From a bacterium (GTDB lineage Bacteria > Electryoneota > Electryoneia > Electryoneales > Electryoneaceae), in contig JAHLLH010000002.1 of assembly GCA_020444265.1 (NCBI GenBank), forward strand, positions 297,033-361,032: DNA of 64,000 nt. Reading direction: 5' to 3'. Shown here piece by piece: positions 29,913 through 40,500 of this stretch. The notes under the pieces are model-generated. The model had not been told where the DNA came from, searched no databases, and worked only from the letters and a program-made list of their open reading frames with translations. Positions within the stretch are counted from its first letter, which is position 1; each line of letters begins with the position of its first letter. The position numbers and the translations under genes were made by a program.

Positions 29913-31559
29913 ATGAGCAACTATATTCGCTTTATAGAGATGTTTCGAAGGGAGACAGCCGACGCTGCGACGGGAATCCGTCTGCTGGTTGTCACCTTTC
30001 TCGCGGGGGTCTTCAACGTCGCCCTGCTTGTCATCATCAACTCCGCGGCACACGACACATCGTATGGCTCAGCCAATTTTCGTTACTTCGGGCTGTTTGT
30101 CGTAGCCATCCTGCTCTTCATTCTTTCACAGAAGTACATCCTTTCAAAGATCACCGTCCTGACTGAAACGGTTATTGATCAAGTGCGGACGAGGATCGCG
30201 GACAAGGTGCGCTCCTGTGATTATTACAAGCTGGAGCAGATCGGTCACTCAGACATCTATTCGAAAATCACCAAGGATACAGCGACCATTACCCAAACCT
30301 CACCTGTCATCATGAATGCTCTACAGAGCGGCCTGATGGTAGTGTTGAGTATGATCTATGTTGCCGTCCTCTCCACGACGGCATTCTGGCTGGCCATGAT
30401 TTCAATCGCCATCTCGGTGGTTTACTTCATTATCAATGACCGTGAAATCTCGGGCAATATGCGTGAGGCAGCTCGCCGGGAAGTCCACCTTTTCGATTCC
30501 CTCACTCATATCCTCGATGGGTTCAAGGAAATCAAGGTCAACCAGGAGAAGAGCGAAAGTGTTGCCAACCACCTGAACTCAATCTCGTCATCCGTACGCG
30601 AATCGAAGATAAAAGCACTGATTCCATACGCCAACAATTACATCTACTCGGTCGTCTTTTTCTACCTTCTGATCGCGGTGATCATCTTTGTCTTGCCAAA
30701 TTTGATTGAGACCTTCAATGATGTCGTGGTCAAACTGACGACAGCGATTCTATTCATCGTCGGCCCCCTCTCCAATGTCGTCAACATGATTTCTCTGCTA
30801 TCTCAATCGAACATCGCTGTGGAAAACATCTATAACCTGGAAGAGGTTCTGGACGATGCAAATGATGGCATTAATCCCAATTTGCAGCAGATCATTCCCA
30901 ACCATGAATCCTTCGGCAAGATCCGTTTCGACAGCGTCTATTTTGATTATCGGGACGAGCAGGGTACACCCCAGTTCCGGGTTGGTCCGATTGATCTGGA
31001 ACTCAAGAATGGGGAAGTGCTGTTTATTGTCGGCGGAAACGGCAGCGGCAAGTCAACGTTCCTCAAGCTGCTGACCGCTCTATACCACCCGCGTCAGGGA
31101 TCAATCTGGCTCGATAACACTCCAATTCAACGGGAGACCATCCAATCCTACCGTGAGCTCTTCTCTATCATTTTCTCAGATTTTCACCTGTTCGACAAGC
31201 TGTACGGGTTGAACGATATCGATCCAGATAGAGTGCATGAACTTCTGCAGGTTATGGAGCTGGAGTCGAAAACGAGTTACGATGGCGAACGGTTTACCAA
31301 TTTGAATCTTTCGACCGGGCAACGGAAACGTCTGGCCCTGCTTGTCACCTACCTCGAGGACAAGCAGGTCTATGTGTTCGACGAGTGGGCGGCCGATCAG
31401 GACCCCCATTTCCGAACCTATTTCTACAACACCCTCCTGCCGGATCTTCAGAAACGAGGCAAGACAGTGATTGTGGTTACGCATGACGACCGGTACTTCG
31501 CCACCGCAGATAGGATTCTCAAGATGGACATGGGAAAATTTGTTCCCATGGACGTTTAG
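29913..31559 (+). CDS. ABC transporter, fused permease-ATPase (SyrD/YojI-like cyclic-peptide exporter family)
   Basis: N-terminal ~300 aa hydrophobic with multiple TM segments. C-terminal NBD has Walker A GGNGSGKST, ABC signature LSTGQRKRLALL, Walker B VYVFDEWAADQD and H-loop VTHDD. Size (548 aa) and layout match SyrD-type peptide exporters. Confidence 0.85.
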   Translation: MSNYIRFIEMFRRETADAATGIRLLVVTFLAGVFNVALLVIINSAAHDTSYGSANFRYFGLFVVAILLFILSQKYILSKITVLTETVIDQVRTRIADKVRSCDYYKLEQIGHSDIYSKITKDTATITQTSPVIMNALQSGLMVVLSMIYVAVLSTTAFWLAMISIAISVVYFIINDREISGNMREAARREVHLFDSLTHILDGFKEIKVNQEKSESVANHLNSISSSVRESKIKALIPYANNYIYSVVFFYLLIAVIIFVLPNLIETFNDVVVKLTTAILFIVGPLSNVVNMISLLSQSNIAVENIYNLEEVLDDANDGINPNLQQIIPNHESFGKIRFDSVYFDYRDEQGTPQFRVGPIDLELKNGEVLFIVGGNGSGKSTFLKLLTALYHPRQGSIWLDNTPIQRETIQSYRELFSIIFSDFHLFDKLYGLNDIDPDRVHELLQVMELESKTSYDGERFTNLNLSTGQRKRLALLVTYLEDKQVYVFDEWAADQDPHFRTYFYNTLLPDLQKRGKTVIVVTHDDRYFATADRILKMDMGKFVPMDV

Positions 31560-31576
31560 AACGGAGCAGCGACATC

Positions 31577-32425
31577 ATGATTAAGAAACTGTACCGCCGA
31601 ATGAAGGAGTGGTTTTATCAGCGCCGCTTTCGGCTGATTATCACTCTGCTGCTCGTTCTTTTCGTGTTGTTCTATCTCGCTCCCCACATGTTCATCTTCG
31701 TCCTGCCCGGGCAGGGCGGAGTACTCTGGAAACGATTTGCGGGCGGCACGGTCATCGAGAAAGTGTACGAGGAGGGGACGCACATCATTGCGCCCTGGAA
31801 CAAGATGTACATCTATGATCTTCGTACTCAACAGGTTCAGGATATTGTCCCCATCATTAGCGAAAACGGCTTAACCATTCACGTTGAGCTTTCGATTCGT
31901 TATCACCCGAACCGTTCGATTGTAGGTCTTCTGCACAAAATGGTTGGCCCGGATTATGTGAATGTCGTCGTGGTTCCAGAGGTTGAAGCTGTGGTGCGTT
32001 CTACCGTCGGTAAATACAAACCTGAAGAGGTTTATCGCGCACAGGAAGCCATTGCAGAGAAAATCGTTGAGGAATCAGCTAAACAGCTTGAAGAAAGGTA
32101 TGTGAAGCTCGACGATGTGCTGATTAAACGGATCAGACTTCCCGAGTTGATCAGCCAGGCGATCGAGAACAAGTTGATCCAGCAGCAAGTAGCTCAAGAA
32201 TATGATTATCGTCTTGAGACATCGGTAAAGGAAGCCAAGCGGAAGCGCATTGAGGCCGAAGGAATCAACAATTACAATGTCATCGTTGAGCAAAACCTGA
32301 ACGAGAACATCCTCCGTTGGGAAGGAATCCGGGCAACACGTGAACTTGCGGTTTCAGAGAACGCGAAGGTTGTTGTGATTGGTTCTGGTCCGGATGGCCT
32401 TCCCATTATCCTGGGGAACCAGTGA
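31577..32425 (+). CDS. SPFH/band-7 (prohibitin/HflC-like) membrane protein
   Basis: N-terminal TM (LIITLLLVLFVLFYLAP) followed by a band-7 domain and a coiled-coil-like region (QQQVAQEYDYRLETSVKEAKRKRIEAEG). Stop overlaps next gene start. Confidence 0.75.
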   Translation: MIKKLYRRMKEWFYQRRFRLIITLLLVLFVLFYLAPHMFIFVLPGQGGVLWKRFAGGTVIEKVYEEGTHIIAPWNKMYIYDLRTQQVQDIVPIISENGLTIHVELSIRYHPNRSIVGLLHKMVGPDYVNVVVVPEVEAVVRSTVGKYKPEEVYRAQEAIAEKIVEESAKQLEERYVKLDDVLIKRIRLPELISQAIENKLIQQQVAQEYDYRLETSVKEAKRKRIEAEGINNYNVIVEQNLNENILRWEGIRATRELAVSENAKVVVIGSGPDGLPIILGNQ

Positions 32426-34086
32426 TGAACTGGTCAACGGGAATGAAAACAGTCGCCATCCTGTCATTGGCCTTTCTCTGCTCATCTTGTGAGCCAGATA
32501 AAAATCTGGTCAAAAAACGGCTTGCTTATCAGCAGGAAAACACCGGCAATATCCTGATCGGGGTGAATTGGCCATTTTCGGCCCTGGACGATCATTTCCG
32601 TGAAGGGCTTCTTCTCGCGCAGGAAGAGATCAATGAAGCGGGAGGTGTGCTCGGAAGAAAGATAGTCTTAGATATTCACGACAATGGTGGAGATAAAAAC
32701 AGGGCGCGAAAAATTGCGCGCGAGTTCGCAAAGAACAGAAAAATGGCAGCTGTCATTGGTCATGCATATTCACGCATCACCGTTGAAACGAGCGTCATTT
32801 ACGAGGAAGCCGGTCTACTTTGTCTTTCACCACGCTCCCAGCTTTCAACCCTGACACAACATGACCTTGATCTCTTCTTTCGAACCTCTCCATCCAATCG
32901 CGAGCTGGGTGACGCTGCAGCAAAATATACGTCGCTCTTGAATTTTCGAGAGCCGGTCGTAATCATGGCTTCGGACGAGTATTCCAAGGAGCTGGCAAGT
33001 TACTACCAGACCAATTTGGCAAGACGTGGAATTGAAGTAGTCTATACCTTCTATTATTTCCCCTGGAACACCGATTACCGTGCGATAATAAATGAAATGA
33101 ACCACATGCATCATGATATCATCTTTGTGTCTATGGATGGTGACGAGGTTGCCGATTTTGCTTCGAAAGCTCGTTCGCTGGGGGAAAATGCTCCAATTAT
33201 GGTGATCAATAATACGACAGATGATTTTATCGAACACGACAGCGCTGCAGCAAACAACTCCTATAACATTGCCTACTTTAATCCTAATGTAGAGACTGAA
33301 TCAGTTACTCAGTTCATGGAAGCTTATGCACAGCGTTTCGATGCTAAACCGGATAATTGGGCTGCAAAAGGATATGATACGTTGAAGCTATACGCCGATA
33401 TGGTAAAAGAGACAGGATCAGCAAACGCTTTTGAGGTCGCTGCAAACCTGCGCTATTTAACCGGATGGGAGGGAGTGAGCGGGACGTATGATTTTTCCAG
33501 GGAAGGTGACGTGCATGTTTCCCCTCTCTTTGTCGAATCCGTTCAGGATGGAAAAATTACCTACAGGGGGGTGGATGAGTTCCATCAACCAACGCTTGCT
33601 GAAAAAGTGGCTGGGGTCTGCGAGAATGAGATCAGGAGAGGACTGGCAGAAGTAAATGTGAATAAAAATATCCTTTCTGTCGCGCTGGCCGAAAGCCTCC
33701 TTTTTGGTGATCAATTGACATCACTAAGTTTTGAGGGGCGAACCATCCTGGGGTCCATTGCTGCCGCGTTTCTTGCGGATACTCATGCGCATTCACTCCA
33801 TGTTCTGGGACAGATTGATTATGAGACGATTATCCTTGAAGAAAGAATAGGCAGTCATACCGATTCCGAAGTTGCGGAGCTACGCTCGATGGCGGTCGGG
33901 TCCTATCTGATCAGCCAGGGGATCAATTCAAAAGAAATTGTTGTTGCGGGCGCTAATGTTGAGAATACGATTCCTGAACATATCATTCCCGAGACTTCTC
34001 GTATACAGGGCAATCGAATCGAAGTTCTGTTCGTGCATGATGTTGATCTTAAACAATCTATCAATAACCCTCCATCTGGTAATTAG
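32422..34086 (+). CDS. Lipoprotein: type-I periplasmic binding protein (LivK/ANF-receptor-like) fused to C-terminal OmpA-like peptidoglycan-binding domain
   Basis: Lipobox LAFLCSSC. N-terminal region resembles Leu/Ile/Val-binding protein family (ILIGVNWPFSALDD..., GVLGRKIVLDIHDNGGD..., AVIGHAYSRITVETS). C-terminal ~110 aa resembles OmpA/MotB C-domain (SHTDSEVAELRSMAVGSYLISQGI..., NRIEVLF). GC is markedly lower than the NRPS genes. Confidence 0.65.
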   Translation: MMNWSTGMKTVAILSLAFLCSSCEPDKNLVKKRLAYQQENTGNILIGVNWPFSALDDHFREGLLLAQEEINEAGGVLGRKIVLDIHDNGGDKNRARKIAREFAKNRKMAAVIGHAYSRITVETSVIYEEAGLLCLSPRSQLSTLTQHDLDLFFRTSPSNRELGDAAAKYTSLLNFREPVVIMASDEYSKELASYYQTNLARRGIEVVYTFYYFPWNTDYRAIINEMNHMHHDIIFVSMDGDEVADFASKARSLGENAPIMVINNTTDDFIEHDSAAANNSYNIAYFNPNVETESVTQFMEAYAQRFDAKPDNWAAKGYDTLKLYADMVKETGSANAFEVAANLRYLTGWEGVSGTYDFSREGDVHVSPLFVESVQDGKITYRGVDEFHQPTLAEKVAGVCENEIRRGLAEVNVNKNILSVALAESLLFGDQLTSLSFEGRTILGSIAAAFLADTHAHSLHVLGQIDYETIILEERIGSHTDSEVAELRSMAVGSYLISQGINSKEIVVAGANVENTIPEHIIPETSRIQGNRIEVLFVHDVDLKQSINNPPSGN

Positions 34087-34132
34087 AGATGTGTTATCGA
34101 ATCTCGACTTACGAGCGGTAAGAGGCAACCGG

Positions 34133-34891
34133 ATGATGGATACAGATGGATCACAGACCGGACGTATCACCCTCTTCGCCCTTCCATATGCTGGAGGGAC
34201 CGCCAATGTGTACCGTCGTTTTGCCCCCCACCTGTCCCCTTCCGTTGAATTGGTGCCCATCGATATTCCCGGACACGGGCAACGGATTGCATCGCCTCCC
34301 TTGAAACAAATGGAGGAGTTGGTTGCTTTCATTATCGAGCGGATAGAGGAACATCATCCCGGCATCTATGCTCTGTTTGGCCATAGCTTTGGTGCCCATC
34401 TGGCCTTTTTGGTTGCGAGAGAGATGAGAAATACAGGAAGAGCGCTTCCTGCTCATCTCATATTGAGCGGCAAGGCTGGCCCCGACATTCCCTTCAGGCA
34501 CAAGGGTATCCACAAGCTGCCGGGAAAGGAGTTTCTGGAAATCCTTCATGGATATGGTGGGATACCGGATCAATTCTTCGACGAATCGGAGTTAATCGAA
34601 CTTTTCCTCCCTGTTCTCAAGGCAGATTTTGAGGCCATGTCCAGCTACAGGTTTGATGAGGAACAGCCGCTACCAGTCCCGATTACCGTCTTCCATGGTG
34701 AAAAGGACTTGTACCCATCTGAAGACTATCAATCCTGGGCAGAGGAGACATCAGAGAGCTTTCGTATCCTGACGTTCAGCGGAAACCACTTCTTCCTCTT
34801 TGATCACCTCGCAGAGATCGGCAATGTGGTTTCGGAACAGCTCGCTGCAGCATATCTGAGTTTCCAGATACAGACTGCACCGAGGGCCTGA
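34133..34891 (+). CDS. Type II thioesterase (editing TEII, alpha/beta hydrolase)
   Basis: LFALPYAGGTANVYRRF (TEII N-terminal motif), GHSFGAHLAF (GxSxG), C-terminal His region GNHFFLFDH. Start chosen at the MMDTDG... ATG at 34133 rather than the far-upstream ATG of the ORF track, which overlaps the previous gene. Confidence 0.85.
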   Translation: MMDTDGSQTGRITLFALPYAGGTANVYRRFAPHLSPSVELVPIDIPGHGQRIASPPLKQMEELVAFIIERIEEHHPGIYALFGHSFGAHLAFLVAREMRNTGRALPAHLILSGKAGPDIPFRHKGIHKLPGKEFLEILHGYGGIPDQFFDESELIELFLPVLKADFEAMSSYRFDEEQPLPVPITVFHGEKDLYPSEDYQSWAEETSESFRILTFSGNHFFLFDHLAEIGNVVSEQLAAAYLSFQIQTAPRA

Positions 34892-34895
34892 GCTC

Positions 34896-35552
34896 ATGAC
34901 CTGCACGGTGCATGTTGCGGTGACCTCGATGTTGCTTGACGAAGGGACTTGGGATCAGGCACTGGCAGTTTTGCCGCAGACAATCATTGAGGAAATCCGC
35001 CGTTTCAGACGTTGGCAGGACCGGACAAATGCTCTCGCAAGCAGGCTCGTACTCCGGAAAGTGTTCAAGGAAAGGGGACTGCCGGACGATTCGCTTGAAC
35101 ATCTGGAACGCACCAGACAGGGACGGCCTTTCCTGGTTGGAATGCCGGACTTCAACATATCTCATTGTGATGGCTTGCTGGTGTGTGCGATCGCAAGCGA
35201 AGGAGAGCTTGGCATTGATGTCGAGAACGTCAGGCCCGTCTCTTTTGATGATTTTCGTACACAGTTCTCAGATGAAGAATGGAGAGCCATCCATCGGGGT
35301 TCCGAGCCGGAACGTCACTTTTTCCGACTATGGACGCTCAAGGAAAGCCTTGTAAAAGCTGATGGCAGAGGGTTGGGCCTTGACCTGCTCACCATTCAAC
35401 ATAGACATGGCATAGCCATTCTTGATGGTAAACAGTATCACGTTCGAGAACTTGAGCTTGGCGCCGGTTTTTGTGCCCATGTGGCGAGCAGAGAACCGAT
35501 AACCGAGGTACATATCCAGTGGGAAGAAAAATGGTATCAACCATCCGAGTGA
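34896..35552 (+). CDS. 4'-phosphopantetheinyl transferase, Sfp-type
   Basis: FNISHCDGLLVCAIA...GIDVE and FRLWTLKESLVKADGRGLG (W/FxxKESxxK) motifs of Sfp/EntD-family PPTases. Confidence 0.85.
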   Translation: MTCTVHVAVTSMLLDEGTWDQALAVLPQTIIEEIRRFRRWQDRTNALASRLVLRKVFKERGLPDDSLEHLERTRQGRPFLVGMPDFNISHCDGLLVCAIASEGELGIDVENVRPVSFDDFRTQFSDEEWRAIHRGSEPERHFFRLWTLKESLVKADGRGLGLDLLTIQHRHGIAILDGKQYHVRELELGAGFCAHVASREPITEVHIQWEEKWYQPSE

Positions 35553-36379
35553 TACGGTCGGTCCTCATCGTGGCCACATGTCTCCTTCTTGCAACCCCAA
35601 TGATAAGTGTGGCTGAAGAGAGCGGAGGGATGTCGACGCCTGCTAGTGCATCGGGTGCAGGAACCTGGTGGCGAAGCAGTTCCCTCGCTCAACCTTCCCT
35701 GTCGGACAAACTCCAGTTCCATGCAGAAGCACAACTTTCGTATGAATGGAAAACGGGAAACCTGGAGGGGAACGAGCAGAATGGTGACGCCATGATGGCG
35801 TTGCGCTGGAATCGTTTCACGAACTACATCCTTTTCGAAATCGACAACCAGACCTATGACGTCATCCCGAGTAATGCCTCCTTTGAACAGCGTCGTTGGG
35901 CTGTTGAAGAGATACTCCGAGTGGATCTGACCAGGTTGTTCTATTTCGACGTGGATGTGCTGTTCAACGAAGACACAAGCATCTATCTGACCCGTCGTCT
36001 CGGTGGCTACGCCGGGCCGGGCGTCTACCTTCAATTTGGAAAATTCAATATTTCATTCCAGGTGGGTGCCGGTGCCGACAGCAAAGAGTATATCCCGGCG
36101 GTTTCATTTGCCGATAGGGACGGAGCCGCATTGTTCTTTGGCGAAACCATCCATTATCAGTTGACACCGATGACAGAAATTTCCCAATTGACTCGATTTG
36201 TGAAGCTGATCGATTATGCTGGTTTTTCCGAGTACAATTTCAAAGTGAGTGTGACCCAGGCGATCACAAGAACAGTGGCTCTGCTGTTTTTGTTTGAGTA
36301 CTCCTATAGTGACGTGGATATCCCCGGAGTGGTAGCCGGGAATACGGATCAGGGAATCGGGTTGCAGCTGATGCTATGA
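35531..36379 (+). CDS. Hypothetical secreted protein (signal peptide; possibly outer-membrane beta-rich protein)
   Basis: Start taken at MVSTIRVIRSVLIVATCLLLATPMISVAEE (signal peptide) rather than upstream ATG overlapping the PPTase gene. Alternating hydrophobic pattern. No family recognised. Confidence 0.45.
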   Translation: MVSTIRVIRSVLIVATCLLLATPMISVAEESGGMSTPASASGAGTWWRSSSLAQPSLSDKLQFHAEAQLSYEWKTGNLEGNEQNGDAMMALRWNRFTNYILFEIDNQTYDVIPSNASFEQRRWAVEEILRVDLTRLFYFDVDVLFNEDTSIYLTRRLGGYAGPGVYLQFGKFNISFQVGAGADSKEYIPAVSFADRDGAALFFGETIHYQLTPMTEISQLTRFVKLIDYAGFSEYNFKVSVTQAITRTVALLFLFEYSYSDVDIPGVVAGNTDQGIGLQLML

Positions 36380-37587
36380 GACTGGTTGATGAGGAAGCGC
36401 GCCACGGTTTATGATCAGGGTACAAACCAGTTGCGTGGACCTGTCAAAGTCACCCGAGCAACACAGGATACCGATCATTGCCGTGGCAATTCTTTGCGGG
36501 AAGCGAAAAGCAATTCCGAAAGCCTCTAAAAAATGTAATTCTATACTGATCGTAGAAATGCCAAAATGTTGACCGCCCCGGGCCTACTCCCAGGCGGTTT
36601 TGAGTTCTTGCGCAGAAACAGCATCAACCAGAAGCTGTAAGCCTCCGAAAACCTGAGCAAAACATGCTGTCCGGTTTCAACCGAATCTTGCAGGATACTG
36701 CGGATTTGTGAGTATGAAAACGAGCACTTACATGTTTTGTCCTTTCCCGTCACCCCAAGGTAAATGAGGCTCCTCTTGGAGTCAGGAGTGACTAACAATG
36801 ACAGTGTAAGAATTTTTGGTTGATTCGCTAATTCCATAGTATATGGGATTTTTGGTAATTGGCTAAGATAATTCCATAAATAGAATGGAGTTAAGCAAAT
36901 TAAAAAAACTGCTAAAGGTTGTTTTTTAACAAGTTGTAAAATTGTAAACTCAGTTTTTAAGCCTTGCGCTTTAGCCCTTTGGGAATTTCTCTTTTTTTGT
37001 TAGAGACACCTATCTTTTGGAGTTCCAACACTACTTTGATGCCTATTGCACCATGCGAATAGTCCTTTGAGTTCGATCGATCTGATAGAGCGCCGAGGTG
37101 GAAACTCACCTTCGATGATTTGAGATTGATCCTTTTCAGCTTTCATCAGGATTCACGGTTCTGACCCCGGATAGCGGGGGGGGATTTACAAGATTGCATT
37201 TCTGGAGGCGGATGAACACGTTTGCGCTGGGTGCTGTTGCAGGGGGATTATCTACTACCCTACCACCTTATCAAGCTGCTTGTCCCGATTGGGATACTCG
37301 CGACGTTTCATTGACCACCAGGACAATTTCCAGGTCGTCCAAGAGATGGACTTGGAAGTTAAAGCCGACGTTTTACTCCGATCCTTCCGTTACTGCCCGC
37401 ACGTGATCTTCCCGAAAAAGAGTAAAAGTCTCTGACTCTCCGGAGACATGGTTCTTTGGTTTTTACGGAATTGTGATCGTCGTCAACTTTGAGTTAGGAA
37501 CTCCTAAGTATATCTGCCTGCAAGTGAAGCAGAAACCTCGTTTAAAAAAGAAGAAAATAGAATAGCAGTTGAGTGGAGGAGGAAGAG
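36380..37587. other. 1.2 kb AT-rich non-coding spacer between the NRPS cluster and the T9SS cargo array
   Basis: No ORF with a plausible start/RBS. GC drops far below flanks (roughly 40% vs ~58-60%). Contains a G9 tract (~37177-37185), A/T-rich runs and several short hairpins. The RBS AGTGGAGGAGGAAGAG for the first cargo gene lies at its 3' end. Confidence 0.6.
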
Positions 37588-40500
37588 ATGAAGAAAATCG
37601 TAGTGTTTTTCACCATGGCAGCCTTGCTGGTTGGTTTTGCTGCGGTGGCTTCTGCCGGGCAATTCAGTAAAACGCCCTTGGATCCTTTTAATTCGAAGCG
37701 CGGAAACGTGACCGAGCGGACCGGCCTGGGGGAGAATGCGGTCGATGTCGTTGGGGTCAACATTGACTCGGTCGGAGTCTATAATTTCACGGATTTTGTC
37801 AACGGCATCGTGTATTTGGACGGGCTGCTTTATATCGGAGCCGAGACGAACGGCTTGCAGATTCTTGACGCTTCCGATCCAACCTCTCTATCACTCGAGG
37901 GCTCCGAAAATACTTACGATGTTACCGGTGTAGCAGTATCAGGTGGTTACGCTTATGTAGGTGATGCTTCCGGTATATTCGCCGTCTACGATGTGAGTGA
38001 TCCGACAACTCCCACCGTACATGGAGCCGCGAGCACTGTTTCCGAACCTCTGCTGACAGTCACTGTTGACGGTGGCTATGCCTACTGTGGCAGCAGTAGC
38101 GGGACGCTTTACATCTTCGACATTAGTGATCCCTCCTCACCAACTCTTTCAGGTTCGCTCACCTTCGCCTCCGAGTATGCCTACAACGTTGTTGTTGAAG
38201 GCGATACAGCGTTTGTAGCCAATGGGAAGTTTGCGTTTGGAGGGGATATATCCGGGCTTCGGATTGTGGATGTCACCGACCGCACTACTCCGACCCTGAT
38301 CAACAGCATTGACTTCCCCTCGACCTCCATCGTGCAGGGTGTAGCGATTGACAATGATCTCGCTTACATCACCTGGGCGAGCACCACATCCGGTGGCGGT
38401 CTTGAAGTCTACGATGTTTCCGATGTGGACAATCCCACCTCATACGGAAGCTACGCATACGGCGATGAAATGCGTAGCATCGCCATTCAGGGCGACTATG
38501 CGGTCATCAGCGCCGGGTACAGCGGTGTGATGGTGCTGGATATCACCGATGCTGGGAACGACAATTTCAGCGAAACCGGCAGCTACATCGCCTGGGACTA
38601 CTGTGATCAGCTCGTTGTCAACGGCGGGGACTTCTTCAACAACGCATCGGCATCCACAATCGCCTTTGACGGTTCGGCGGCTGGCCTGGCAGCGAGTGTC
38701 ACCCCCAGCAACAGCCTTACCCTTGATGCGATTACCTCATCCGCCTTCCCGGCTGTTGACGTGGATGTCACCGTCGTTGATCAGGATCTGGCAGCCGTAA
38801 CCGGGCTTACTTCGTCCGAGTTCACCATCTCAGAAGATGCATCCGGCCAGACGATTACAAACGTGGCCGACAATGGCAGCGGCAGCTACACGATTTCTTA
38901 CACCACGTCGAACACAACCGAAGATGGTTCCTCGCGTTCGGTGACGGTGGACCTCGACAATGGTGGCCTGACCGATTCCGCAACAGACAGCTACACCGCG
39001 CCGACCGCGGCCGCTACGGAACTGACCATCGGCACCCCGACGGTACTGACAGGCGATACCGCTTGTGTGCCGGTCACGGTGACCTCCTTCAGTGATGTCA
39101 GCACCCTCGAGCTCTACATCAACTTCCATCCGAGCGTGGTCAGCTTCGACACCCTGACCAGCGTCCCCATGGATGAGCCAGTCTTCAACGCTGCAGCGGA
39201 TAGTGTTTTCCGTGTCACCTGGTCCTCGGTAACCCCGATCACCTTATCCGATGGCGACACCCTCTTCTGCATGTACTGGGTCAACGACGCTCTCGCGTCC
39301 GGCGACACCACCATCTTCGACTGGGATTCGGGCAGCTCTTTCCTCGCTGACTCGGATGCCAGTGTCTTCACGGGTGTCACTTACAATGATGGCTGGTTGG
39401 CCGGCCTCACCCTGATGAATATTTCGGGGAATATTGCCTACAACACCAACGGAAATGTTGTCGATGGAGTCACCGTTGACCTGACGGGTGATGCAACAGC
39501 ATCCACCACCACGGACGAGAACGGCGACTACAGCTTCAGCGACCTCGAGCCGGGTACCTACTATGTGACCCCCTCCTACGAGGTGGAAGGTCACACGAGT
39601 GTCAACGCGCTCGACGTCTTCCGTATCCAGCAGCATATCGCCACCGACCCCTCCTTTACCGATGGTTTCCAGTACGTCGCGTCGGATGTTGACGGCGGAA
39701 CCACAGTTTCCACGATTGACGCCTACAAGATTCAGCGTGTAATCGTGGTGTTGGACACCAACTTCACCCGTGGGGACTGGAACTTTATCCCCACCAACTA
39801 CGGCACCAACACTTCGAACTGGGATAGCGCCTGGGATGAGTGGGCGGTTGGTTTGGTAACAGACGATGTCACCGGTGTTAACTTCGATGGTGTCCGGATC
39901 GGTGATGTCAACAACACCTGGCCCAACAACTTCGTCGCCGCCAAGACGGGCAACGAAGAAGTGTCCGGCAACCTCTACCTGACCGATGCCACTGTCAACC
40001 CGGGTGAAGCAACCACGGTTGAGCTGCGTGCGAACGGTCTCGCTGAAGTCGGCGTGGTCGAGTTCCATATCGAGTACGACCCGGAGATGATCAGCCTGGA
40101 GGATATGGACCTGTCCGCTCTTCCGGGTGCGGTCAGCTCGGATGTTGATGGCGAGATTCACGTAGTCTGGGTCAACGTGCAGTCCGCGTTGCCCTGCGAT
40201 GACCGTACCCTCGCCACCTTCGAGTTCCAGGCGGCTGAGACCAGTGGAGCCAGCGAGATCACGTTGAACGATGTGGTCATGGGCAACAGCCAGGGGCACG
40301 AGCTGAACCCGGCCGTTGACAACGGTACCGTAACCGTCAGCGCCACCACCAGCCTCGAAGGCGACAACGCCCTCGTGACCGAGTGGGCACTGCGTCCGGC
40401 CTACCCGAACCCGTTCAACGCCTACACGACGATTTCCTTCGACGTGAAGGATGCGAGCAACGTTCGGATCCAGGTCTACAACGTACTCGGTGACCTGGTG

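Noticed and set aside
29864-30166. 100-aa ORF overlapping the start of the ABC transporter gene in another frame
   Set aside because: Overlaps the well-supported transporter CDS. Arg/Cys-rich translation without motifs.
36541-36837. 98-aa ORF on the minus strand in the AT-rich spacer
   Set aside because: No RBS, unusual composition, and it lies in a region with no coding periodicity. Likely non-coding.
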